A DNA stretch of 64,000 nt from Auanema rhodensis (lineage: Eukaryota; Animalia; Nematoda), in NCBI GenBank assembly GCA_964057225.1, contig OZ059895.1, positions 12,958,001-13,022,000 of the forward strand, given 5' to 3'. Both the position numbers and the translations under genes were made by a program. Shown here piece after piece: positions 22,637-36,098 of the stretch (its first letter is position 1; every line of letters starts with the position of its first letter). The notes beneath the pieces are model-generated. The model made no database searches and had not been told where the DNA came from. It saw only the letters and a list, made by a program, of their open reading frames with translations.

Positions 22637-23264
22637 TTCCGCTAAAGATCCAACTTTCTAAAATATAAGGCAAACTTGCAGAGAGGAGCAGTCTATGGCG
22701 ATTGGCAAAGAGTGGCAGGAGATGGTGAAACGTCGGATTCTCGGATAGTCGGCAGAGCTGAAATGTAAATGTAGCAAAATTGCCAACCTTTTATACAAAG
22801 ATTTTTGTAAAGTACAACCCATTGTGTTACAATCAAGTTTGCTGATGAAATTCTTTTATTAATTAGATTTTACAGCATATTTATGCAGATATACTCATCT
22901 CATCGACAGTTGCCAGCAGTTGGCGCACTCTGAACCTGTAAACAATCTGCATATTAATTAGTTTTTACATCTCTTTAAACATTATTTTTACCGTTTGTGC
23001 CATAAACAACAGCCATCTCTGTAAAACATTTACGCTTTTTAAACTTTGCTTAATAGCTCATATATTAATCATAGTATACTTTTAAACCCATATTGTACCA
23101 CAAAACATATGACTGCCAACGTTTTATATGTAAAAAATATTTCATTCTTTAATATTTACCAATGATTATATTACGAAACTAAAACTTTTGAAATGTTAAA
23201 ATGATTATACTATATTTAGAACCCCACAGTGCAGTTATTAGTGTTTATTAACCATCGATATGCG

Positions 23265-25261
23265 TTGAGGTCAGCGCAACTGTTTGTTAATCTTATTGTA
23301 TTTACCTTCAATGTGTGCTCTATTTAGTTATTGTATTGTTATATTAGTAAAATAAAGTTTAAAACTAATCTTTTATTATAATTTGAAACTTTTACTTGTT
23401 AGAATAAATATAATTAATAACAATTTGTAATTTCAAAAATTAATAATTTAATGTCGTTCTTATCGAATTAACCTTCGATATGTGTTCCATTAAATTTTGG
23501 TATTTCATATCGTTCTTATCGAATTAACCTTCGATATGTGTTCCATTAAATTTTGGTATTTCATATCGTTCTTATCGAATTAACTTTCGATATGTGTTCC
23601 ATTGAATTTTGTATTTCATATCGTTCTTATCGAATTAACCTTCGATATGTGTTCCATTGAATTACCCATAACAAGTACGGTGAACAAAACGATATACATG
23701 CAAAAATTTTACTGTTCTTTAAAATAAAAACAATACAAACACAATACAATAAAAAATAAACAAATCAAGTAAACAAACATTATTAATAAATATAATAAAG
23801 AAATAAATAAAATTTAAAAACAAATTTATATATTTAAAATTTAAATATAATTTAAATATTTAAAGTTTAAATATAATTTATATATATATAAAATTTAAAT
23901 ATAATTTAAATATTTAAAATTAAGATATTTATTTTTACTTAATATATTTAAAAATAATTGAAAATATATACATACATTTGAAAAAGCATATTTAAATTTG
24001 ATTTAAAAAAAAAAAATTAAAAAAAAAAATCAAAAAAAAAAAATCATGCTTTAAATCATGATTTTTAAATTTAAAAAAGGAAAATCCATGAACCATGATC
24101 CCAAAATATGATTTTAACAGCTGACGCTCAAAAATATGTTTTTGACAGCTGACGCGCCCCAAAAGTATGTTTTTAGCAGCTGACGCCCCCAAAAGTATGT
24201 TTTTGACAGCTGTTTGGGGGCGTGGTTAGTAAATTTTGCACGGCTCTCTACCAAGTACGGTGAACAAAACGATATACATGCAAAAATTTTACTGTTCTTT
24301 AAAATAAAAACAATACAAACACAATACAATAAAAAATAAACAAATCAAGTAAACAAACATTATTAATAAATATAATAAAGAAATAAATAAAATTTAAAAA
24401 CAAATTTATATATTTAAAATTTAAATATAATTTAAATATTTAAAGTTTAAATATAATTTATATATATATAAAATTTAAATATAATTTAAATATTTAAAAT
24501 TAAGATATTTATTTTTACTTAATATATTTAAAAATAATTGAAAATATATACATACATTTGAAAAAGCATATTTAAATTTGATTTAAAAAAAAAAATTTAA
24601 AAAAAAAATCAAAAAAAAAAAATCATGCTTTAAATCATGATTTTTAAATTTAAAAAAGGAAAATCCATGAACCATGATCCCAAAATATGATTTTAACAGC
24701 TGACGCTCAAAAATATGTTTTTGACAGCTGACGCGCCCCAAAAGTATGTTTTTAGCAGCTGACGCCCCCAAAAGTATGTTTTTGACAGCTGTTTGGGGGC
24801 GTGGTTAGTAAATTTTGCACGGCTCTCTACCAAGTACGGTGAACAAAACGATATACATGCAAAAATTTTACTGTTCTTTAAAATAAAAACAATACAAACA
24901 CAATACAATAAAAAATAAACAAATCAAGTAAACAAACATTATTAATAAATATAATAAAGAAATAAATAAAATTTAAAAACAAATTTATATATTTAAAATT
25001 TAAATATAATTTAAATATTTAAAGTTTAAATATAATTTATATATATATAAAATTTAAATATAATTTAAATATTTAAAATTAAGATATTTATTTTTACTTA
25101 ATATATTTAAAAATAATTGAAAATATATACATACGCTCAAAAATATGTTTTTGACAGCTGACGCGCCCCAAAAGTATGTTTTTAGCAGCTGACGCCCCCA
25201 AAAGTATGTTTTTGACAGCTGTTTGGGGGCGTGGTTAGTAAATTTTGCACGGCTCTCTACT
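23265..25261 (-). repeat. Maverick right TIR with its outer ~580 bp present three times in tandem
   Basis: Units are 23672-24251, 24252-24830 and 24831-25261. Each begins CAAGTACGG and ends GGCTCTCTAC. Confidence 0.92.
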
Positions 25262-25750
25262 GATCTGGCAAGTCAAGCAACGTTGGGCCCGGTTAGTACT
25301 TGGATCGGAGACGGCTTGGGAATCCTGGGTGCCGTAAGCTTTTCAAATTTTTTTAACGATCATACCACGTTGAAAGTACGCAATGCAGCTGATTTTCAAT
25401 TTTATCTCTTCCGTAACAAATGTTTTTAATTTTCCAGCAGTTTTACTTAGATAGCTCAACCCAAGGCATCAAAATATCTTCAATCTTATTTCTATATTAC
25501 AGTTACAAACCAGTAGTTTATGAACCTTCATCTTAACTTTACTGTTTCTATCTATTTCCTATTGAAACAAACATTGTTTTAACACTATACAACTGTGAAA
25601 CCTTTTTTAATTTATTGTATTTGGATCTCATAAGATTTGATATCATCGAGGGATTTAGATGTAACGTAGAAAATTACATAACTAACATGAAATTGGAAAA
25701 AAAACAATAACGAGGATAAGTATGTAAATCATTGAATATCAGGTATTTTC

Positions 25751-25869
25751 GCTTACGACCATACCACGTTGAAAGTACGCCATCCCGTCCGATCTGGCAA
25801 ATCAAGCAACGTTGGGCCCGGTTAGTACTTGGATCGGAGACGGCTTGGGAATCCCGGGTGCCGTAAGCT
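25751..25869 (+). rRNA. 5S rRNA
   Basis: Full 119-nt copy. Confidence 0.95.
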
Positions 25870-26297
25870 TTTCAAATTTTTTTAACAATCATACCACGTT
25901 GAAAGTAAGCAATGCAGCTGATTTTCAATTTTATCTCTTCAGTAACAAATGTTTTTAATTTTCCAGCAGTTTTACTTAGATAGCTCAACCCAAGGCATCA
26001 AAACAACCCAAGGCATCAAAATATCTTCAATCTTATTTCTATATTACAGTTATAAACCAGTAGTTTATGAACCTTCATCTTAACTTTACTGTTTCTATCT
26101 ATTTCCTATTGAAACAAACATTGTTTAAACACTATACAACTGTGAAACCTTTTTTAATTTATTGTATTTGGATCTCATAAGATTTGATATCATCGAGGGA
26201 TTTAGATGTAACGTAGAAAATTACATAACTAACATGAAATTGGAAAAAAAACAATAACGAGGATAAGTATGTAAATCATTGAATATCAGGTATTTTC

Positions 26298-26416
26298 GCT
26301 TACGACCATACCACGTTGAAAGTACGCCATCCCGTCCGATCTGGCAAGTCAAGCAGCGTTGGGCCCGGTTAGTACTTGGATCGGAGACGGCTTGGGAATC
26401 CCGGGTGCCGTAAGCT
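26298..26416 (+). rRNA. 5S rRNA
   Basis: Full 119-nt copy. Confidence 0.95.
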
Positions 26417-27225
26417 TTTCAAATTTTTTTAACGATCATACCACGTTGAAAGTACGCAATGCAGCTGATTTTCAATTTTATCTCTTCCGTAACAAATGTT
26501 TTTAATTTTCCAGCAGTTTTACTTAGATAGCTCAACCCAAGGCATCAAAATATCTTCAATCTTATTTCTATATTACAGTTATAAACCAGTAGTTTATGAA
26601 CCTTCATCTTAACTTTACTGTTTCTATCTATTTCCTATTGAAACAAACATTGTTTTAACACTATACAACTGTGAAACCTTTTTTAATTTATTGTATTTGG
26701 AGCTCATAAGATTTGATATCATCGAGGAAATTAGATGTAACGTAGAAAATTACATAACTAACATGAAATTGGAAAAAAAACAATAACGAGGATAAGTATG
26801 TAAATCATTGAATATCAGATTTTTTCGCTTACGACCATACCACGTTGAAAGTACGCCATGCAGCTGATTTTCAATTTTATCTCTTCCGTAACAAATGTTT
26901 TTAATTTTCCAGCAGTTTTACTTAGATAGCTCAACCCAAGGCATCAAAATATCTTCAATCTTATTTCTATATTACAGTTATAAACCAGTAGTTTATGAAC
27001 CTTCATCTCAACTTTACTGTTTCTATCTATTTCCTATTGAAACAAACATTGTTTAAACACTATACAACTGTGAAACCTTTTTTAATTTATTGTATTTGGA
27101 TCTCATAAGATTTGATATCATCGAGGGATTTAGATGTAACGTAGAAAATTACAAAACTAACATGAAATTGGAAAAAAAACAATAACGAGGATAAGTATGT
27201 AAATCATTGAATATCAGGTATTTTC

Positions 27226-27344
27226 GCTTACGACCATACCACGTTGAAAGTACGCCATCCCGTCCGATCTGGCAAGTCAAGCAACGTTGGGCCCGGTTAG
27301 TACTTGGATCGGAGACGGCTTGGGAATCCCGGGTGCCGTAAGCT
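27226..27344 (+). rRNA. 5S rRNA
   Basis: Full 119-nt copy. Confidence 0.95.
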
Positions 27345-27754
27345 TTTCAAATTTTTTTAACGATCATACCACGTTGAAAGTACGCAATGCAGCTGATTTT
27401 CAATTTTATCTCTTCCGTAACAAATGTTTTTAATTTTCCAGCATTTTTACTTAGATAGCTCAACCCAAGGCATCAAAATATCTTCAATCTTATTTCTATA
27501 TTACAGTTACAAACCAGTAGTTTATGAACCTTCATCTTAACTTTACTGTTTCTATCTATTTCCTATTGAAACAAACATTGTTTTAACACTATACAACTGT
27601 GAAACCTTTTTTAATTTATTGTATTTGGATCTCATAAGATTTGATATCATCGAGGGATTTAGATGTAACGTAGAAAATTACATAACTAACATGAAATTGG
27701 AAAAAAAACAATAACGAGGATAAGTATGTAAATCATTGAATATCAGGTATTTTC

Positions 27755-27873
27755 GCTTACGACCATACCACGTTGAAAGTACGCCATCCCGTCCGATCTG
27801 GCAAGTCAAGCAGCGTTGGGCCCGGTTAGTACTTGGATCGGAGACGGCTTGGGAATCCCGGGTGCCGTAAGCT
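27755..27873 (+). rRNA. 5S rRNA
   Basis: Full 119-nt copy. Confidence 0.95.
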
Positions 27874-28283
27874 TTTCAAATTTTTTTAACGATCATACCA
27901 CGTTGAAAGTACGCAATGCAGCTGATTTTCAATTTTATCTCTTCCGTAACAAATGTTTTTAATTTTCCAGCAGTTTTACTTAGATAACTCAACCCAAGGC
28001 ATCAAAATATCTTCAATCTTATTTCTATATAACAGTTATAAACCAGTAGTTTATGAACCTTCATCTTAACTTTACTGTTTCTATCTATTTCCTATTGAAA
28101 CAAACATTGTTTAAACACTATACAACTGTGAAACCTTTTTTAATTTATTGTATTTGGATCTCATAAGATTTGATATCATCGAGGGATTTAGATGTAACGT
28201 AGAAAATTACAAAACTAACATGAAATTGGAAAAAAAACAATAACGAGGATAAGTATGTAAATCATTGAATATCAGGTATTTTC

Positions 28284-28402
28284 GCTTACGACCATACCAC
28301 GTTGAAAGTACGCCATCCCGTCCGATCTGGCAAGTCAAGCAACGTTTTGCCCGGTTAGTACTTGGATCGGAGACGGCTTGGGAATCCCGGGTGCCGTAAG
28401 CT
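28284..28402 (+). rRNA. 5S rRNA (GG64-65TT variant)
   Basis: Full-length copy with GTTTTGCCC instead of GTTGGGCCC. Confidence 0.9.
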
Positions 28403-28812
28403 TTTCAAATTTTTTTAACGATCATACCACGTTGAAAGTACGCAATGCAGCTGATTTTCAATTTTATCTCTTCCGTAACAAATGTTTTTAATTTTCCAGC
28501 AGTTTTACTTAGATAGCTCAACCCAAGGCATCAAAATATCTTCAATCTTATTTCTATATTACAGTTACAAACCAGTAGTTTATGAACCTTCATCTTAACT
28601 TTACTGTTTCTATCTATTTCCTATTGAAACAAACATTGTTTTAACACTATACAACTGTGAAACCTTTTTTAATTTATTGTATTTGGATCTCATAAGATTT
28701 GATATCATCGAGGGATTTAGATGTAACGTAGAAAATTACAAAACTAACATGAAATTGGAAAAAAAACAATAACGAGGATAAGTATGTAAATCATTGAATA
28801 TCAGGTATTTTC

Positions 28813-28931
28813 GCTTACGACCATACCACGTTGAAAGTACGCCATCCCGTCCGATCTGGCAAGTCAAGCAACGTTGGGCCCGGTTAGTACTTGGATCGGA
28901 GACGGCTTGGGAATCCCGGGTGCCGTAAGCT
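28813..28931 (+). rRNA. 5S rRNA
   Basis: Full 119-nt copy. Confidence 0.95.
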
Positions 28932-29341
28932 TTTCAAATTTTTTTAACGATCATACCACGTTGAAAGTACGCAATGCAGCTGATTTTCAATTTTATCTCT
29001 TCCGTAACAAATGTTTTTAATTTTCCAGCAGTTTTACTTAGATAGCTCAACCCAAGGCATCAAAATATCTTCAATCTTATTTCTATATTACAGTTACAAA
29101 CCAGTAGTTTATGAACCTTCATCTTAACTTTACTGTTTCTATCTATTTCCTATTGAAACAAACATTGTTTTAACACTATACAACTGTGAAACCTTTTTTA
29201 ATTTATTGTATTTGGATCTCATAAGATTTGATATCATCGAGGGATTTAGATGTAACGTAGAAAATTACATAACTAACATGAAATTGGAAAAAAAACAATA
29301 ACGAGGATAAGTATGTAAATCATTGAATATCAGGTATTTTC

Positions 29342-29460
29342 GCTTACGACCATACCACGTTGAAAGTACGCCATCCCGTCCGATCTGGCAAGTCAAGCAA
29401 CGTTGGGCCCGGTTAGTACTTGGATCGGAGACGGCTTGGGAATCCCGGGTGCCGTAAGCT
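29342..29460 (+). rRNA. 5S rRNA
   Basis: Full 119-nt copy. Confidence 0.95.
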
Positions 29461-29888
29461 TTTCAAATTTTTTTAACAATCATACCACGTTGAAAGTAAG
29501 CAATGCAGCTGATTTTCAATTTTATCTCTTCAGTAACAAATGTTTTTAATTTTCCAGCAGTTTTACTTAGATAGCTCAACCCAAGGCATCAAAACAACCC
29601 AAGGCATCAAAATATCTTCAATCTTATTTCTATATTACAGTTATAAACCAGTAGTTTATGAACCTTCATCTTAACTTTACTGTTTCTATCTATTTCCTAT
29701 TGAAACAAACATTGTTTAAACACTATACAACTGTGAAACCTTTTTTAATTTATTGTATTTGGATCTCATAAGATTTGATATCATCGAGGGATTTAGATGT
29801 AACGTAGAAAATTACATAACTAACATGAAATTGGAAAAAAAACAATAACGAGGATAAGTATGTAAATCATTGAATATCAGGTATTTTC

Positions 29889-30007
29889 GCTTACGACCAT
29901 ACCACGTTGAAAGTACGCCATCCCGTCCGATCTGGCAAGTCAAGCAACGTTGGGCCCGGTTAGTACTTGGATCGGAGACGGCTTGGGAATCCCGGGTGCC
30001 GTAAGCT
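29889..30007 (+). rRNA. 5S rRNA
   Basis: Full 119-nt copy. Confidence 0.95.
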
Positions 30008-30417
30008 TTTCAAATTTTTTTAACAATCATACCACGTTGAAAGTACGCAATGCAGCTGATTTTCAATTTTATCTCTTCCGTAACAAATGTTTTTAATTTT
30101 CCAGCAGTTTTACTTAGATAGCTCAACCCAAGGCATCAAAATATCTTCAATCTTCTTTCTATATTACAGTTATAAACCAGTAGTTTATGAACCTTCATCT
30201 TAACTTTACTGTTTCTATCTATTTCCTATTGAAACAAACATTGTTTTAACACTATACAACTGTGAAACCTTTTTTAATTTATTGTATTTGGATCTCATAA
30301 GATTTGATATCATCGAGGGATTTAGATGTAACGTAGAAAATTACAAAACTAACATGAAATTGGAAAAAAAACAATAACGAGGATAAGTATGTAAATCATT
30401 GAATATCAGGTATTTTC

Positions 30418-30536
30418 GCTTACGACCATACCACGTTGAAAGTACGCCATCCCGTCCGATCTGGCAAGTCAAGCAACGTTGGGCCCGGTTAGTACTTGGA
30501 TCGGAGACGGCTTGGGAATCCCGGGTGCCGTAAGCT
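30418..30536 (+). rRNA. 5S rRNA
   Basis: Full 119-nt copy. Confidence 0.95.
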
Positions 30537-30946
30537 TTTCAAATTTTTTTAACGATCATACCACGTTGAAAGTACGCAATGCAGCTGATTTTCAATTTTA
30601 TCTCTTCCGTAACAAATGTTTTTAATTTTCCAGCAGTTTTACTTAGATAGCTCAACCCAAGGCATCAAAATATCTTCAATCTTATTTCTATATTACAGTT
30701 ACAAACCAGTAGTTTATGAACCTTCATCTTAACTTTACTGTTTCTATCTATTTCCTATTGAAACAAACATTGTTTTAACACTATACAACTGTGAAACCTT
30801 TTTTAATTTATTGTATTTGGATCTCATAAGATTTGATATCATCGAGGGATTTAGATGTAACGTAGAAAATTACATAACTAACATGAAATTGGAAAAAAAA
30901 CAATAACGAGGATAAGTATGTAAATCATTGAATATCAGGTATTTTC

Positions 30947-31065
30947 GCTTACGACCATACCACGTTGAAAGTACGCCATCCCGTCCGATCTGGCAAGTCA
31001 AGCAACGTTGGGCCCGGTTAGTACTTGGATCGGAGACGGCTTGGGAATCCCGGGTGCCGTAAGCT
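30947..31065 (+). rRNA. 5S rRNA
   Basis: Full 119-nt copy. Confidence 0.95.
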
Positions 31066-31493
31066 TTTCAAATTTTTTTAACAATCATACCACGTTGAAA
31101 GTAAGCAATGCAGCTGATTTTCAATTTTATCTCTTCAGTAACAAATGTTTTTAATTTTCCAGCAGTTTTACTTAGATAGCTCAACCCAAGGCATCAAAAC
31201 AACCCAAGGCATCAAAATATCTTCAATCTTATTTCTATATTACAGTTATAAACCAGTAGTTTATGAACCTTCATCTTAACTTTACTGTTTCTATCTATTT
31301 CCTATTGAAACAAACATTGTTTTAACACTATACAACTGTGAAACCTTTTTTAATTTATTGTATTTGGAGCTCATAAGATTTGATATCATCGAGGAAATTA
31401 GATGTAACGTAGAAAATTACAAAACTAACATGAAATTGGAAAAAAAACAATAACGAGGATAAGTATGTAAATCATTGAATATCAGGTATTTTC

Positions 31494-31612
31494 GCTTACG
31501 ACCATACCACGTTGAAAGTACGCCATCCCGTCCGATCTGGCAAGTCAAGCAGCGTTGGGCCCGGTTAGTACTTGGATCGGAGACGGCTTGGGAATCCCGG
31601 GTGCCGTAAGCT
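31494..31612 (+). rRNA. 5S rRNA
   Basis: Full 119-nt copy. Confidence 0.95.
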
Positions 31613-32421
31613 TTTCAAATTTTTTTAACGATCATACCACGTTGAAAGTACGCAATGCAGCTGATTTTCAATTTTATCTCTTCCGTAACAAATGTTTTTA
31701 ATTTTCCAGCAGTTTTACTTAGATAGCTCAACCCAAGGCATCAAAATATCTTCAATCTTATTTCTATATTACAGTTATAAACCAGTAGTTTATGAACCTT
31801 CATCTTAACTTTACTGTTTCTATCTATTTCCTATTGAAACAAACATTGTTTTAACACTATACAACTGTGAAACCTTTTTTAATTTATTGTATTTGGAGCT
31901 CATAAGATTTGATATCATCGAGGAATTTAGATGTAACGTAGAAAATTACATAACTAACATGAAATTGGAAAAAAAACAATAACGAGGATAAGTATGTAAA
32001 TCATTGAATATCAGATTTTTTCGCTTACGACCATACCACGTTGAAAGTACGCCATGCAGCTGATTTTCAATTTTATCTCTTCCGTAACAAATGTTTTTAA
32101 TTTTCCAGCAGTTTTACTTAGATAGCTCAACCCAAGGCATCTAAATATCTTCAACCTTATTTCTATATTACAGTTATAAACCAGTAGTTTATGAACCTTC
32201 ATCTTAACTTTACTGTTTCTATCTATTTCCTATTAAAACAAACATTGTTTAAACACTATACAACTGTGAAACCTTTTTTAATTTATTGTATTTGGATTTC
32301 ATAAGATTTGATATCATCGAGGAATTTAGATGTAACGTAGAAAATTACATAACTAACATGAAATTGGAAAAAAAACAATAACGAGGATAAGTATGTAAAT
32401 CATTGAATATCAGATATTTTC

Positions 32422-32540
32422 GCTTACGACCATACCACGTTGAAAGTACGCCATCCCGTCCGATCTGGCAAGTCAAGCAACGTTGGGCCCGGTTAGTACT
32501 TGGATCGGAGACGGCTTGGGAATCCCGGGTGCCGTAAGCT
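32422..32540 (+). rRNA. 5S rRNA
   Basis: Full 119-nt copy. Confidence 0.95.
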
Positions 32541-33766
32541 TTTCAAATTTTTTTAACGATCATACCACGTTGAAAGTAAGCAATGCAGCTGATTTTCAAT
32601 TTTATCTCTTCAGTAACAAATGTTTTTAATTTTCCAGCAGTTTTACTTAGATAGCTCAACCCAAGGCATCAAAACAACCCAAGGCATCACAATATCTTCA
32701 ATCTTATTTCTATATTACAGTTATAAACCAGTAGTTTATGAACCTTCATCTTAAATTTACTGTTTCTATCTATTTCCTATTAAAACAAACATTGTTTAAA
32801 CACTATACAACTGTGAAACCTTTTTTAATTTATTGTATTTGGAGCTCATAAGATTTGATATCATCGAGGAGTTTAGATGTAACGTAGAAAATTACATAAC
32901 TAACATGAAATTGGAAAAAAAACAATAACGAGGATAAGTATGTAAATCATTGAATATCAGATTTTTTCGCTTACGACCATACCACGTTGAAAGTACGCCA
33001 TGCAGCTGATTTTCAATTTTATCTCTTCCGTAACAAATGTTTTTAATTTTCCAGCAGTTTTACTTAGATAGCTCAACCCAAGGCATCAAAATATCTTCAA
33101 TCTTATTTCTATATTACAGTTATAAACCAGTAGTTTATGAACCTTCATCTCAACTTTACTGTTTCTATCTATTTCCTATTAAAACAAACATTGTTCAAAC
33201 ACTATACAACTGTGAAACCTTTTTTAATTTATTGTATTTGGAGCTCATAAGATTTGATATCATCGAGGAGTTTAGATGTAACGTAGAAAATTACATAACT
33301 AACATGAAATTGGAAAAAAAACAATAACGAGAATAAGTATGTAAATCATTGAATATCAGATTTTTTCGCTTACGACCATACCACGTTGAAAGTACGCCAT
33401 GCAGCTGATTTTCAATTTTATCTCTTCCGTAACAAATGTTTTTAATTTTCCAGCAGTTTTACTTAGATAGCTCAACCCAAGGCATCAAAATATCTTCAAT
33501 CTTATTTCTACATTACAGTTATAAACCAGTAGTTTATGAACCTTCATCTCAACTTTACTGTTTCTATCTATTTCCTAATGAAACAAACATTGTTTAAACA
33601 CTATACAACTGTGAAACCTTTTTTAATTTATTGTATTTGGATCTCATAAGATTTGATATCATCGAGGGATTTAGATGTAACGTAGAAAATTACAAAACTA
33701 ACATGAAATTGGAAAAAAAACAATAACGAGGATAAGTATGTAAATCATTGAATATCAGGTATTTTC

Positions 33767-33885
33767 GCTTACGACCATACCACGTTGAAAGTACGCCATC
33801 CCGTCCGATCTGGCAAGTCAAGCAACGTTGGGCCCGGTTAGTACTTGGATCGGAGACGGCTTGGGAATCCCGGGTGCCGTAAGCT
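33767..33885 (+). rRNA. 5S rRNA
   Basis: Full 119-nt copy. Confidence 0.95.
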
Positions 33886-34694
33886 TTTCAAATTTTTTTA
33901 ACGATCATACCACGTTGAAAGTACGCAATGCAGCTGATTTTCAATTTTATCTCTTCCGTAACAAATGTTTTTAATTTTCCAGCAGTTTTACTTAGATAGC
34001 TCAACCCAAGGCATCAAAATATCTTCAATCTTATTTCTATATTACAGTTACAAACCAGTAGTTTATGAACCTTCATCTTAACTTTACTGTTTCTATCTAT
34101 TTCCTATTAAAACAAACATTGTTCAAACACTATACAACTGTGAAACCTTTTTTAATTTATTGTATTTGGAGCTCATAAGATTTGATATCATCGAGGAGTT
34201 TAGATGTAACGTAGAAAATTACATAACTAACATGAAATTGGAAAAAAAACAATAACGAGAATAAGTATGTAAATCATTGAATATCAGATTTTTTCGCTTA
34301 CGACCATACCACGTTGAAAGTACGCCATGCAGCTGATTTTCAATTTTATCTCTTCCGTAACAAATGTTTTTAATTTTCCAGCAGTTTTACTTAGATAGCT
34401 CAACCCAAGGCATCAAAATATCTTCAATCTTCTTTCTATATTACAGTTATAAACCAGTAGTTTATGAACCTTCATCTCAACTTTACTGTTTCTATCTATT
34501 TCCTAATGAAACAAACATTGTTTAAACACTATACAACTGTGAAACCTTTTTTAATTTATTGTATTTGGATCTCATAAGATTTGATATCATCGAGGGATTT
34601 AGATGTAACGTAGAAAATTACAAAACTAACATGAAATTGGAAAAAAAACAATAACGAGGATAAGTATGTAAATCATTGAATATCAGGTATTTTC

Positions 34695-34813
34695 GCTTAC
34701 GACCATACCACGTTGAAAGTACGCCATCCCGTCCGATCTGGCAAGTCAAGCAACGTTGGGCCCGGTTAGTACTTGGATCGGAGACGGCTTGGGAATCCCG
34801 GGTGCCGTAAGCT
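34695..34813 (+). rRNA. 5S rRNA
   Basis: Full 119-nt copy. Confidence 0.95.
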
Positions 34814-35222
34814 TTTCAAATTTTTTTAACGATCATACCACGTTGAAAGTACGCAATGCAGCTGATTTTCAATTTTATCTCTTCCGTAACAAATGTTTTT
34901 AATTTTCCAGCAGTTTTACTTAGATAGCTCAACCCAAGGCATCAAAATATCTTCAATCTTATTTCTATATTACAGTTACAAACCAGTAGTTTATGAACCT
35001 TCATCTTAACTTTACTGTTTCTATCTATTTCCTATTGAAACAAACATTGTTTTAACACTATACAACTGTGAAACCTTTTTCAATTTATTGTATTTGGATC
35101 TCATAAGATTTGATATCATCGAGGGATTTAGATGTAACGTAGAAAATCACATAACTAACATGAAATTGGAAAAAAACAATAACGAGGATAAGTATGTAAA
35201 TCATTGAATATCAGGTATTTTC

Positions 35223-35341
35223 GCTTACGACCATACCACGTTGAAAGTACGCCATCCCGTCCGATCTGGCAAGTCAAGCAACGTTGGGCCCGGTTAGTAC
35301 TTGGATCGGAGACGGCTTGGGAATCCCGGGTGCCGTAAGCT
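35223..35341 (+). rRNA. 5S rRNA
   Basis: Full 119-nt copy. Confidence 0.95.
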
Positions 35342-35663
35342 TTTCAAATTTTTTTAACGATCATACCACGTTGAAAGTACGCCATGCAGCTGATTTTCAA
35401 TTTCATCTCTTCCGTAACAAATGTTTTTAATTTTCCAGCAGTTTTACTTAGATAGCTCAACCCAAGGCATCAAAATATCTTCAATCTTATTTCTATATTA
35501 CAGTTATAAACCAGTAGTTTATGAACCTTCATCTTAACTTTACTGTTTCTATCTATTTCCTATTGAAACAAACATTGTTTAAACACTATACAACTGTGAA
35601 ACCTTTTTTAATTTATTGTATTTGGATCTCATAAGATTTGATATCATCGAGGGATTTAGATGT

Positions 35664-36080
35664 TGTTACATACATATCTCAAAGGAAAGCAGCTGACCAT
35701 GGCAGCTGCTATTATTAAACTAATGCAAATAGTTTTTAAGCAATTCTGAGAATATTCTAGATGCACTTTTTATAAGCTTTGTAACAATTTGTGTAAACTG
35801 AGTAGGAGTTGTATGGATATATAAACCTGAGTCCTCAAGACTCAGGCATCTCATTATCTCATTATCTTACTTTCTCTTTATCTTCTTTATATTCTCTTTC
35901 TTAACTCTAGCTTTAATCTTTGTATAATTATATTATAATGCGAACAATAAACCTTTATATATTTCATCTCTTGTTTCTTATTTCACCTTACATTACACAC
36001 ATATATTTAAAATCATACTCATCTTCTCATAGTCTGTTTGGATCTCTCAACTTGGAACCATTGGGAATCTAAATGGAACG
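35664..36080 (+). repeat. 5' LTR (417 bp)
   Basis: Begins TGT where the spacer match ends. TATATAAA at ~35817, AATAAA at ~35946, and the PBS follows immediately. Confidence 0.82.
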
Positions 36081-36098
36081 TGGAGGTTCCGCCGAGAT
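36081..36098 (+). promoter_or_regulatory. Primer-binding site, probably tRNA-Gln
   Basis: TGGAGGTTCCGCCGAGAT is complementary to the eukaryotic tRNA-Gln 3' end (…AUCUCGGUGGAACCUCCA), allowing one G-U pair. Confidence 0.8.

Larger units (their letters stand above)
8732..25261. mobile_element. Maverick/Polinton element, apparently complete (16,530 bp)
   Basis: Termini AGTAG...CTACT, long TIRs and a 6-bp TSD GATCTG. Gene set is pPolB, MCP, mCP, adenain, ATPase and c-integrase. Confidence 0.97.
25262..35663 (+). repeat. 5S rDNA tandem array, segment 2
   Basis: Same units as segment 1; 15 intact genes plus several 399-bp deleted units. Confidence 0.97.

Noticed and set aside
23992-24908. Duplicated ORFs MGASAAK.../MYCVCIV...
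   Set aside because: They lie in the non-coding triplicated TIR, have low-complexity translations and use alternative start codons.
8732-25261. gB-like fusogen within the Maverick, as in some nematode Mavericks
   Set aside because: No ORF of suitable size with a signal peptide and TM exists in the element. The fusogen-like sequence in this window belongs to the Gypsy element.
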